Source: Camelus dromedarius (Eukaryota). From it: a DNA stretch of 64,000 nt. The notes beneath the pieces are model-generated. The model worked only from the letters and a program-made list of their open reading frames with translations, ran no database searches and had not been told where the DNA came from. The stretch spans positions 106,642,001-106,706,000 of the forward strand of contig NC_087436.1 in assembly GCF_036321535.1 (NCBI RefSeq), written 5' to 3'. Positions within the stretch are counted from its first letter, which is position 1. Each line of letters starts with the position of its first letter. The translations under genes were made by a program, and so were the position numbers. Positions 50,642 to 63,000 of the stretch are shown here, piece by piece.

Positions 50642-52342
50642 AAACCATCTCCCCCGCCCCCAAAAGGAAAAAATAGTGAATAAGGAAGTTGATTCATTAG
50701 CACGATTATTTAAACCTTGTGAAACCACTTCCACACCCTTGGAGTCTGGAGGTCAGTCTAATTTCTTGATTAGCTGAATGTATAGTAAATTGAATCTCTT
50801 TGAATTTGGGGAGTTGTCCATCAATAATTAACAGCTTGTTAATTGTATGTAAATGTCTACGTCCTCTAGCTTGGAAGTGTTTTATTTCTCACTCCTTTCA
50901 TTTAGTGTTTACCCACCCATATTCCACATTTCTTGACACAATTTTTTCATTAAATGCTCATTTATTGGTATTCAGGTATTCACTCCTATGTCACAAGCAT
51001 CTTAATACTCTTTTGATGACCCCACTAACTGCATATCTATCTGCATTACACATTCCTTGCCACCTTTGCCAGATGGATTCTATTGATTGCAAGGCCCTGT
51101 ACCTTACAACTGCCTTGCACTGATCTTTTGTGAAAAGTCTTGCTCTACAGCAAAGTCATTCCCCCTGCAGAACAGCAATAAGCAGGGTGCTGCATTATGT
51201 CCCCTTTAAGCAATAATTGGTTGCTTTGCAACCCTTTGGCCTGATGCTTCCTAATTTGTAATGCACAAAGCTCTGTTCAAAAGAATAACATATTCCATTT
51301 CTGTTTACAGAACGAACGCTTGATGCAAAAAGAGATAGAAAATAAGATTGGGCCTTTATTGGTGATAATTATACTAACAATACTGAGCAAGATATGGAAG
51401 GGTTAGATAAAAGCAAATGAACTTACTTTTTAAATTGAGTTTACTAGATATAATCTTGTAGCAAACTACAAATCTTTTAGCTGTTCAATTAAAATTACCT
51501 ATTTTTCCCAATAATTTAGAGGTCCATTTTTATATTATTTTGCATAAGGATTTCAACCAATTTCCATAAATTTGCATTTTTGTTCAGAAAGCTCTAATGC
51601 CAATTATGTAAAATAAATGTAATTAATTAGTGCATTCCACAGCAACTGCATTCAAGCCTGGTTTGCAGTCAGAGACCCCAGAAGGGCTGACTATAGGGAA
51701 CAATAAACCAGAGAAAGTCCATCCCACCGCCCCACCGGAAAACTGAAAAGTGAGACTGGGCAATGTTTCCCAGGGAAATTAAAATATATCAGATACAGGA
51801 TGCCTATGAAGCTTTCTTTCAGTAAACCCAGTTCTAAGCCTAAAAATAAATAAAGAGAGAAAGTCCTACTTGTGCCAACACCATCATTTGCATGTAACCA
51901 TCACTTTTGTATCTAATCCTCAGGCTGAATTGGCCAAGTTAACCTGTTAAGTTAATTCTGCTCTTGCCAGCACATCCTTCTGGCAGAGGAGGGGTGGGAA
52001 GAGTAGGACTCTGCATGCGTTACTCACGCTGTAACATGAAACTTTGTTTTCCAATTCAGAGTTAATTCAGGAAGCAACAGAAAAGCATGCTATTGTCTTT
52101 TCTAGCGCATTTAAGGGTACATGTTCATAGTTCCTCAACCTGTGTACGTATGCTTTCCCACAAAGCCCATGCCACCCAGGTACACGTTACATGTTAGCTA
52201 ATAAAATCTGTTGTAATAGCATTAGCTCTAGTTTAAAAGACATTTGCTGCTTGTAAGCTTGGGAGTGACTCTCTCCCTCTCTGAATCATCAGAATCTGTG
52301 ATGAAATTAGAAAGCTATAATATTTGGCCAAACTGTATTTAT

Positions 52343-52839
52343 TGTGAACAAAAAAAATACTGCAAACCATATCAGTAAACAAAGAATGCTGAAGCCATCG
52401 AGTCATCAGCCGTTGCTCCCCCTCCCTCCCCCCCCCCCCCCCCAGTGAGGACAGGTGTGCAGCCAAGCCTCTGCAGGCACTCACCATGGTGCACCCTGAG
52501 GGGACTCAGAATAAGAAAGGACAGGATACTGGCCCTAGATAGCAAGGTGCTTGTCAAAGGAATGAATTCAATGAGCCCAAATGTTTGCTTCCTCCCATAC
52601 AAAGAAAAGCTCTCAGTTCTTCAAATTGAGATGCCTGGTTTTCTTTAGTTAACAAGTAATCTTTTATTGTTCCAACTACCTGGTCTTTGTTGTAAAGCTG
52701 CTGTATACCTTAGCTCCTCCCCTACCTCTTCGGAGCAGTCCCTCAGAGCGATCTGGGAGGCTGTCATCCTGGCTCGAATCCTCCTGCCAAATAAAACATA
52801 ACTCTCAACTTTTAAGCTGCGCATTTATTTCAGTCGACA
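52343..52839 (+). mobile_element. ERV1-type solo LTR (497 bp) with internal C16 run
   Basis: TG...CA ends ('...tttcagtcgaca'); AATAAA at 52790; flanks ttat and atat (1 mismatch). Confidence 0.8.
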
Positions 52840-55137
52840 ATATCTATCTACTTGCTTCAAGTTCAACTCTACATATTTGCTTGAATTTCAAGTCACACTG
52901 TGGGAGGCACCTTTTTGTCTTTGGCTTTCATTCAATAAGCACTGACAACACCCTGGGGCTTCTGCTGGCTCCAGGGTGGTAGGTCGTTCAGCCGGAGGAA
53001 GCAGTCAGGCCTGTCCTCCCACGATTCCCTGGGATCCTGCACGGCCAGTCTTGTTTGGACAGATGATAGATGTCTGTGTGGCCACCAGAGTTAACTATGA
53101 GCAAAAGGCAGAGTTGTGTGTGTTACACAGACCTGCCATGTGGGACCTGCTATGTGGGGCAAGGTTGCACCTGTCAGGTTGGGGCAGAATAATTGAAAAA
53201 AACATATTTAGGTGTGTCTTCGATTAAGCTCTATGTAGAATTACGTTTAACCAACGCTTCCTGTTTTATTCCCCATGTGAGGTCAGGTTACCATAATCAT
53301 TACTTCTTATAAAGCAACTGGTTCCCAGAATTTTTACCTTAGAGGTTTATAAATGCCTCCCTTTCACTGTCTTATGTCACTACAGATACGAGGGGCGTTG
53401 TGCCTATTTTCAATACAATAATGTCAGTAGCACTCCATTGAGCCCACGTTGGATGAAATTGATTGCTCAGGGGTGCTCATTAGTACACACGCCCCACGAG
53501 AAAGCAATGGACTGAACTGTGGCTGAAGCCCACGTGTCCGTCAGCTGCAGAAGCTCTTCTCTCCTGCCACCAAACCCGGTGCCAGGGAAATCACAAGGCT
53601 TTTGTCCTATACGTAATTTTGAATAGGATCTGATATCACAGATACTTAGAAAATTCTAAGAGTGAAAGGAAGACTTGTTGCCCCAGACGTAGCTCAATAC
53701 TGTAAGTGTAGTCAATCTCCAACTGGATTTTAAGTATTTCTCGTGCTGAGGTTTGACTGGTTCTTGAGAAAGCCAACAGGTTTTGGAAGAGGGTGAATCT
53801 TCAGAAAGAGGAGAAACAACCCTTTTCATGACAATTAACTCCTGGAAAAAGACCCACCAGGAAGTAGGTATTCTGGCACTAAAGGGGTGGTGTTTATGTG
53901 GGGGGGGGTGTTGTTTGGGTGAGTGCTTGTTGTGATGGAGTATTTTCAGTATTTAATGTGTTTGCACCTCTTTCCCTGATCTCATCCCTCTCTAACGAGT
54001 TCCACAGACAGGGAAAGTTGACCATGGATAAAGAGTCTTTGATTATAGCCTCACAGGATCCAAGTGAACACTTATTAAATGAGAATATCAGGTTAGCTGG
54101 CAGAGCTATAAAAGTACCAAACTTCACAAGGCAAAGATTATTGCTTGGGAACTTTTGGCGATGACAGCTGAGATACCCTCCTTGTCATTTGCATACCTTC
54201 AATTGGGTTTCTTCTATTTAATAATTCATGTAACTCATGGCATCTTGGGACAAGGTGACATAAAGGTGATCTTGCCAAAATACCACCTAGATGGCATGTT
54301 ATTTTCTTACATATCTATACTATGGTACAGTCTACAAAGAACATAGTTTACTGTCACAACAGACCCTTGAAGGAGGTAGTTCTGGGCGAAGCTGGGAAAA
54401 ATAAAACTTAGAGAGGGTATGAGACTTGCACAGATCCATGCTCATTAGCAGATTTTAAGTACAGACTGAAACCCAGATTAGAAATTACCTTACTATCTTC
54501 ACCAAAAAACCTTCATTTGTACTCTGTAATTGTCTGCAGAATTGGCTGTTGAATAGGCTGATAAGTCCTGTTACGAGAAGATCCTTGGCTAGTTGAGAAG
54601 GGTGATGGTTGGGGTAGAGCAAATTTGAAGGACTAATCATTTAGTAGGGGAAAAAATGTGTCAGTGAGAGGAAAGGAAGTGTCAAGGAAGACATTTGCTG
54701 GCAAGAGAAAGAAAAGGACAAAAATTGCCCAGGGAAAGGACAAAAAAAGAAGCTTGAGAAAGGAGACATGCAAAAATCATGTAAGTGAGGCGGATGTTTG
54801 GCTGTGCAATGTAAAACACCCCATATCCATATTCCTCCCTAACACGTCTTTGAGAAAAATCTGTATTGGTGATGAACACATTGATGTGACTAGATTCTAT
54901 CTCGGTGATGAGATATACGAGGTCAGAGTTGAGAAACAGTGATTCCTATGAGAATGCCCTATAGCTGGGTTATAGTATGACTTTGAAATCATCTATTCAT
55001 GCTTGTTTTTTAAGCTGGATTATAAGCTGCTTGAGAATCACTTCATTATTTTATCTCTCATATCTATTCTCATATGAATTGTGATATAGAGTAGGTGCTT
55101 ACTACATTTAGTTTGAAATTTTCTTACTGTTTGAAAC

Positions 55138-55770
55138 TGTTAGAGCAGGCAGGTAGGTAGATATGAACAGAGAATGGGGAACATGGGCAAATGGCAGAAA
55201 ACCATACATCTTGTGAACAATGAGGGTCTTTGGACAGACCAAGAAAAACAAGATCCTCTGGACTGATTAAAAAAAAAAAAAATACACACACACACACCTT
55301 CTGAGTTGATAAGTGTCCTGGAGGCAGAAGGGTGGGACAGGACAGGAATCCGCACCATCCAAATGTAACCTCTTGATCATCATGACCTCCGTCCAAAAGT
55401 AACCTTTTGTTTAGGGTACCCCCATCCCAATGTAACCCTTTGTTCATTATGACCTGATCCAACTTCCCAATCAAGACTAAGTAAGGATGAAAAATCCCTC
55501 CTCCCTACCTGGGAAGGTGGAGCTGGGATGAAGATCAGGAAAGAAGACCCCAAACCCCTCTCTGCCAATGAATATTCTGCCCGTTCATTTGTACACTCAT
55601 ATGATGAGCTTGCCAAGGAAACTGGGGGTGGCCACCCACCTGGGTCTGCCCGCTCTTTCCTTGAGAGCGTACTACCTACCCCTTAATAAATCCTTGCTTT
55701 GCCTTCTTAACCTCTGCTTCTTGTCTCTGAATTCTTTCTGCAACAAGACAAGAATCTCTTGCCCACAACA
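55138..55770 (+). mobile_element. ERV1-type solo LTR (633 bp) with U3 tandem repeats
   Basis: TGTT...AACA ends; TSD aaac (55134-55137, 55771-55774); AATAAA at 55685. Confidence 0.9.
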
Positions 55771-55989
55771 AAACTACATACTGTTTGAAACTTTCTTCAT
55801 ATCATCCCTATAAAGGGATGTCTAGAACTAATAGCAGCCACAGTACTTGAATTCTTATGCCCAAAGCTTGCTTTTCTACCTAATTATTACATTTATTTCT
55901 ATCCTACCTTGTCGCAAAAAGGGTTTGTGATGGATATATCTTTTAGAGGTTTTTGTTTTATTGTTTTGTTTTATTTTGTTTGCTTGCTT

Positions 55990-56480
55990 TTTTGCAACAA
56001 ATAATAAAAATCTATTGTGAGTGATTTAAACAAAAATAAATTTACTGGAAAGATATTAGTAGCTTACAAAATTAGTATATAGACCAGAAAACTAAAACAC
56101 ACATACACACACACATACCCACACATATTTTCAAACAGAATAAGAACAATCAGGGCAGGAAAACTCTTCAGCCAGAATATCAGGGTGCCACAGTTAGAAT
56201 AAATCCACACCAGCCATGTTTTCAGATCTTGAAACTCCCTTGCTGAGATTCAGATTTCCAGCAGAAAGAGTCTGATTGGTTGAACTTAAGGATTATGTAA
56301 CTAACTTGTTGGCTGTAGTGAGCTGGAGAGAAAAGGTCTCGTTAAAGGAGCTAATCGTGTCTCCAGGGACTCCCTCAGCTTCTAGAGTGGAGAGAATAAA
56401 TGATTGACAGCCCCATCAAGCTGGTATCAATGGAGAAGAGTTAACCCCATGAAGGGAGGTACAAGGGCTTTTAGAAAGCA
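55990..56480 (-). mobile_element. Old MaLR LTR (MLT1K/N-like)
   Basis: 'tttaaacaaaaataaatttactggaaagatatt' and 'gagtctgattggttgaactta'. Confidence 0.4.
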
Positions 56481-59400
56481 CCTTCTCCAGTTGATTTTTT
56501 CCCATCTTCAGAGATCAAAAACTGTGAAAGCAGCCCAAAGTGAGACCATGAGTGAGAGACAAAATGAGACATCAAACACCTCCCCTCGCCCCACCACAAA
56601 CACACGCAACACGAGGACTCATAGAGCAAGTTCTACAAAGAGGTGAATTGTACCACTTCGGCAAAAGAGTGGATTTCAGAAATGAAACAAAGGACGGCTC
56701 TTCCGGGTTAGTTCTTGTTTCCTTTTTTGTTTGAATTGTTTTTCCCAGATGCAATGAAGCCAAGCCTTCATGTATTAAAGAAATTGTACTTTCCACCAAA
56801 TGGCAATATCCTTTCCCAATTTCCAACTGCTCTGTATCTTAAAGGGGATATATAGCGGTTTAAGACGTACCTAAAAGAACGTTGAATGTTGACTGTGAAT
56901 GGCTGAGAAACCAATACTGGGGAGTTGTGAAGACTGGGCTACTTCAGGAGCCTGTCATTTCTATCTGTCACTGACAAGTCACCAGGCCACTGTAATTCAA
57001 AATCATTAGCCATGTCTTCTGGAAGCACAGAGGCAAAGCAATAGAAAAGCGGCCGGCGCTAGAGTGGTTCACGAGGATAGATTCTTTCTTTCCATGCACT
57101 GGTCATATTCTGACGACCTTACAGATTAAAAAAAAAATGACCCATGCCGGCAATACCATACTAGATTGATGCCAACCTATTTTAAGTATGCAGCAGAGCT
57201 GCAAATTTTGCTGATTCAGGATTCTATAGTAGGAAAAAGAATTCTGATAATCCTGTTTAGTGAAAACCATTCAGAAGATTACCAAGAAAGATGGTATTTG
57301 TTACACTTTTGTAGGAAAAACTGGAAGGCTCCTAAAGAAAGTTTTCTAAATCTTAAAGAGATAAAAATATAATACGCCAAAGTATCAAACTGAAGCAAAA
57401 CTGAATTTGTTAAATAAACATGTTTTGCAAATCCAATCCATTGCCTGTTATGCCATCTTACATGAATTGCCTGTAAACAGCTTTTAAAATGTGCAGAGCA
57501 TTTAACAGATCACTGAAAACCTAAATATCAAAGAGTCCACTGAGGTGAGATATATTTAGCTATCCACAGTGACCATGCCTGCATTCACCATTTTTGCCTG
57601 CTGCCATGCCAAGGACTTTTAATGCAGTATTTTAAGAAATGTTCCTTTTGCAAGTAAAAACAAAACCACAACAAACCCCCTCCCTCCACAAATCTTGATG
57701 CAAATCTGCACCAGAGGATGCAAACTTTTTTCCTAAAAATGTGCATTTATGCCTGGGGGTTAACCTCAGGCTCTGTCAAGAATACAGCTAAAATGAGGAA
57801 GATGTAGTTTGTAGGACTAGAGGAATTTGGAAATAGTGCCTTGTGAAAAACTATCACTCCCCCCACCCCTTTAAATTACATTAGTTTGATTCAAAATGCG
57901 CAATTCCTATTAAAAACTTATTCCACAGATAAACCTCATTTAAAAATGAGAGTAAACATGTGTCCACAGAAGATAGCAGAAAGAACTCCCAGAAGGGTGA
58001 CCTTGGAACATTTCAGAAACATGATAGTTCTTGCGTTGGTTCCGGTCCAGGTGTCACTGAGAAAGAGAAGCGGGGGAGAAGGTCTTTGGCAAGATCCCAT
58101 TTATTTTGCTATCAAATATCTCTGCTCCCTCCAACTAGATGTAGTTTCACCACATCAGTCATATTTCAATACGGGGTAGACAGATGAACTTGTCCCATTC
58201 AATCACTAATATTGATTCCCTAGCAAAAATGAAACTTTGAATTCCTTGGCACCCAATGTGCTAATCCATATGCAAAATTAAGGACAGAGAATTAACAGGT
58301 GCTCTAATCAAACGTTTTTAGAATGAATTTAATAATGGACCACATTCCATTATGTTTCTCCTCTAAATATTATGGAATAAGCTATTTGTCTACAAATATT
58401 CTTTCTAAGTTATGATCATATTCCCAATAGATGGAATGGAGCTATTGTCTAAATATTATATAAATATATTCCTACTATGTTAAGGCAAAACTTTGTGCTG
58501 ATCCAAATGGTGTATTTTTTTTTTTGAGAACTCTATTAAATTTTCCAAACTGGCCTGTGAATGTAGTATTAAATAGATATGAGGTACCATAACATATGTG
58601 GCCATCTTTCTTGTTGAAATCCATCAATAAACTCTATCTAACGCATAATAAAGTGCTTTAGAGTTACACATTAATTTGGAAAATTAGCATAAAAATATTT
58701 AGAGATACATATTTTAATGTGTACATTAGAATGCAAGTTGCTTTTGAAAAGCTTTTGAAAAACAGGTGGTTTTATGTGGAATATTTTTAATCAGTGCTTT
58801 TCTATCAGAAAGAGTACCAGTGGTTGGTAATGTTTTCTGGGAACCTGGACTATGAGAAAAGATACTTGTCTTAGTGGGAGGGGTAAAGGCATCCTTGATG
58901 AAACAGAGAGGAGACTAAGAGTAGGGTCATGGAGACAGGCTTGTCTCCATGAGATTTTTCCACTCTTGGATGATGAAGCTTATTATCCAAAACTATGACC
59001 ATTTCTCAATAATCAAAAATACCTCTCCCCACTATGTTTTGGTCCATGTGCATTGCTATCATGCACATGGTCTTAAACTGATTTAGACATGTATAACTTG
59101 TAAATTCTTACTGGTAGAAAACGGGCCAACCAAGACGTTTGAAGAGGGTCAGGGCTGGCTAATCCTCTAGAAGCATGCTACTTGGTTATAATAACAGTAA
59201 GTTTCAAATCAATATCTTTCACACAAACTATTGAGTTTGTTTCTTTTTTAAACATTTATTTGGAAGCAGTCTTTGAAAGCCCACATGACTGGTTCTGTAA
59301 ATTTGATAAGTTCAGCCTTCTGTCCTACTAGGTATTCTGACCATCACTTACACGAAACATTCACTCAAGGTGAGTGTAACAATGGGTCAGAGGTAGAGGC

Positions 59401-60389
59401 TGGGGGTCTTAATGGTCTATGTATGGCAACCGGAATTCTCCCCAACTAATGGGCTGGCACCTCATCCTTACGAACCAGTCCTTGAAATGCAGCCTAGATG
59501 TGTACACCCTGTTAATCCAAGGGTTAGAATTTCTCTAAAAATATTTTTGAATACTTTACCAATGAGAACTCATTTCTAATATTAACCATGATATTTAATA
59601 GGATACTAATTTTGACAACTTTTTTTTTTCTGACAATCACCAGGCTACTTAGTAAAGCATTGTTATTAATCTAAATGGGATAGCAGAAGCACAGGTAGAA
59701 GCCAATTCTAGAGTAAGAGTTTTTAAATTAAAAATGCTAGCTAGATTCCCTCGGAGTGTGAATTCCTGATTAGAGCAGCCATCTGCACATGCTTATTGCT
59801 TAACCACTTAACAAACCTATAATAGCATAATCTAGAGGGCTACACTGAAACATTTTAAAGTAAATTTTATTCATCTCACCAACAGCACACAGTTTTTGCC
59901 ACTTTGGAATTGACCAGTTATTTTTTGCACTCTTGGCTCCATGGTTGCCTATTATCAGGGTATTAGCAATTCATCATCTTTACAGATTTCTTATTTCCTA
60001 TAAACAAAGCTGGACCCAAATATGGATAAAATCTCCAGCCTTCAAGTTTTTCAAGTTAAACATAGATACAACCTTCATTCCCTAGTATGTATATGCACTT
60101 CGACTGATATGTAGTAGCTAATAATAGTAAGTCCTTTGTGGTTGTATATAATTGTCTCATTTGTCTTTGATTAAGCAAAGGATGATGTCTCATACCCATC
60201 AACGTGCTCAGATTCAAGAGTCCTCTGCTCATATTTTATCATCAACAGATATTTGTTTATGGAGGCTGAAACAAGACGTTAACCCCAGTGCCTTGCTTCT
60301 TAGAGTACAAATGTTGAGAATAAAGGAAATAGATATACTAGTTTGCTTAAGAGTTACACTGTCAAAGGCCAAGTACAAGTACTACCTTT

Positions 60390-60550
60390 AAATAGCTGGG
60401 TGTCCTGGGCAGCACTCTTACTCTCTCTGAGTGCCCATTTTGTCATCTGCAAAAGAGGACTGAGCCCCGTCTGCCTCAGTTGTCGTTGAGTTTAAGTAAG
60501 AAGACATATAACCTTCCTAAGGACACGTTTCACTCATAGAACTCACTAAA
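60390..60550 (+). mobile_element. MIR SINE
   Basis: 'tagctgggtgtcctgggcag...ctctctgagtgccc...tcatctgcaaaa'. Confidence 0.65.
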
Positions 60551-61054
60551 GCTATGAATTAAAAAATGAATTAACTACCTAATAAATGATAACTTGTCCT
60601 ACAGTTTTTTCTCCCTGGCAATACAGTATAATAAACATCATTGTAATGCTGGATTGCAGTACAGAATTGACTCATGAATATAAATTGATTACATTATATC
60701 AGTTTTGCATACATACAATTTTGTTTTCAGGGCATTATTTTGCCCCGCAGAATATCAAAGTAACTGAAATTATTATTTCTTGATAGGATTTTAGCATATT
60801 TTATTTAGATTAATTTTATAAATTCTATGTGTTCAAAAGCATCATCTCGTGTCCTCTTCATTAATAAACAATTATGAAAATGAGTCACTCTCTTCGTTAA
60901 TTAATGGAGTCTTTGCTTTTAACTCATATAAATTGAACAGAATTTTACTGAATTAATATGAAATCCCTCACCTTGTATTGATAATGTTGAATAAAAATAT
61001 TTCTTCAAAATATTTTGGGATAGCTGTTTTGTTCTAAACAGCGTGTCAGAAACC

Positions 61055-61140
61055 TGTGATTTCATTTAATCCTCACATCAGCCCTTCAGGGAAGGTATTA
61101 CTGTATCCACTTCATAGATGAGAAACTGAGTATCATAGAC
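61055..61140 (-). mobile_element. MIR SINE
   Basis: 'tcatttaatcctcaca...catagatgagaaactgag'. Confidence 0.75.
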
Positions 61141-61199
61141 CTCTGTATCCTTATTCACACACATTGCAACTCATTGTCATCAGATTCTGCTGTTGTCTA

Positions 61200-61990
61200 T
61201 TGAAAGTTCACCAGCAAATGTTATTAGTGATCCTCTATTTATAAACGCAATGAGCATTTTGCGTTCTAGCCTTACCTAACCTTGGCAAAATTTAACACTG
61301 TGATTACTTTTTTTTTTTGAAAATCCTCTCCAATTTCTTCCCCTGTCATCATTCATCCCTGGATTTCCTCCTACATCATTGGTCATTGGTCAGTTTCCTT
61401 TCTGGATCCTTCTCCCTTCAACTTTCCTTTAAATATTAGGATTCCATGAGGGTCTGTCCTCATCCCTCTTCTCTCTCTTTCTCTGTACACTCTTCCTCCC
61501 CAGTCTCATTTACTCTAATGACTTCAGTAATTGTCTCTATACTGACCATTCTCTTATCAACCCCTCCAACTGAGATCCCACCCCAGAACCCTGACCCATG
61601 TTTCCAGCTGCTTTCTGGCACTGAATGCTCCACAGGCACTTCAAATCTACGTATCCCAAACTAAACTCTATCCTTCCATAGACCAACCTCCCACCCCCAA
61701 GCACCACCAATCACAGGTACACACACACACTCATATGTGCACACACCGCTCTACTCTGAAGTCTATCTTCTTTCTCTAAATTCAGTTTTAATGGAAGATA
61801 CCATTATCCACCTGATTTTTTCTCCCCCAAATTTACAACTCATAAATCTAAGCACTGGTCAAATTTCAACTCCATTTTTCCCATCTAATATTGTACAAAT
61901 CATTGCCTCTACTCCATTCTGACTGCTACATTCAGCCACTAGAAAATGCTTAAACTTCTTAACTGTTTTCCCACATCTTCAGGATAAAAT
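61200..61990 (+). mobile_element. L2 fragments
   Basis: 'cctggatttcctcctacatcattggtca' and 'ccacaggcacttcaaatcta'. Confidence 0.65.
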
Positions 61991-62454
61991 TTTTAGCATG
62001 AAATCTACTCATGTTCCCTAAACATGTTTAGTCATCAGAAGCAAATGCATTCTTGTAAAATGTCCAGAGTCAATCTAACAGGCCATCTGAGAGAGGAGTG
62101 GGTTGTTGTGAATCTCTACTTTTTAACAAGCCCCAGATCTTATTAAACAGACAAATTTGAGAAATAATAACATATAAGTCCATTTCTAGTCTGATAGCTG
62201 CCCAATATTTACTTTACATGCTATCAATATTTAGCTCACCAACATCTAACATCATATTATTTTGCCAAATGAGCATAAACCTAATCTGTTGTCTGACTCC
62301 AAAGGTCATGATTTTATTACACATCATACAGAATAACAAAAGAGTAAAAGTAGACTACATTAGAGAAGGAGAATTTAGTGTCAAATCCTCGGAAGCTGGT
62401 GGTGGGTGGGGACATTTAGACCTATCACTCACTTTATTTCTGTGGCGTAAGTGT

Positions 62455-63000
62455 ATGATTCATTCATACGTGCAGAAAACGTGTTAATACCCACTATGTG
62501 CCGGTTATTCCATAAGCACTAGAAAGAGAGTGATGATCAATACAGACACATTTCCTGTCCTTATGGAGATCCTATTCTAGTGAAGAAGACAGAAAATAAA
62601 CCTCTGAATAATTGTGATGATAATTACACATTGCAGTGAGTATTTTGCAAGAAAGAAGATGCCTGTGAAATGCCCAATGAAATGAAATTTATGAATCTAG
62701 GTGCTCTATCAATATAGGGAGACATACTTCAAGTAGCCAAAAAACTCACTGAGGAGGTGATATCTAAACCAAAGGATTAAAAGATACTGCCATGTGAAGA
62801 GCCATTTGGAAAATGTTGGAGGTGGGGGAAATGTCAGGGTCATGGAGGAAATGTCAGGGTCAAAATCTCTGAGCTAAGAGAGTTATGTGTGTTCAAGGAA
62901 TTGGAATCAGTGTGTCTGGATCATCCTGAGCAAAGCAAAGAGTAATCTGACATGAGGGTGGAAAGAAGAGAAGGGTCAGATCATCCACATCACCAGGTAC
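62455..63000 (-). mobile_element. L2 3' region
   Basis: 'attcattcat...cccactatgtgccgg...cctgtccttatggagatcctattctagt'. Confidence 0.75.

Noticed and set aside
47730..55770. Intact provirus bounded by paired LTRs
   Set aside because: The four LTRs differ in sequence, each has its own TSD, and no PBS, gag, pol or env is visible between them.
57045..57070. GC-rich 'gcggccggcgctagagtgg' as a CTCF site
   Set aside because: Only the GGCGCTA end fits; the CCAC/CCAG core is missing.
62823..62862. 20-bp tandem duplication (tgg[g/a]ggaaatgtcagggtca twice)
   Set aside because: Ordinary slippage duplication inside an L2 remnant; no sign of function.
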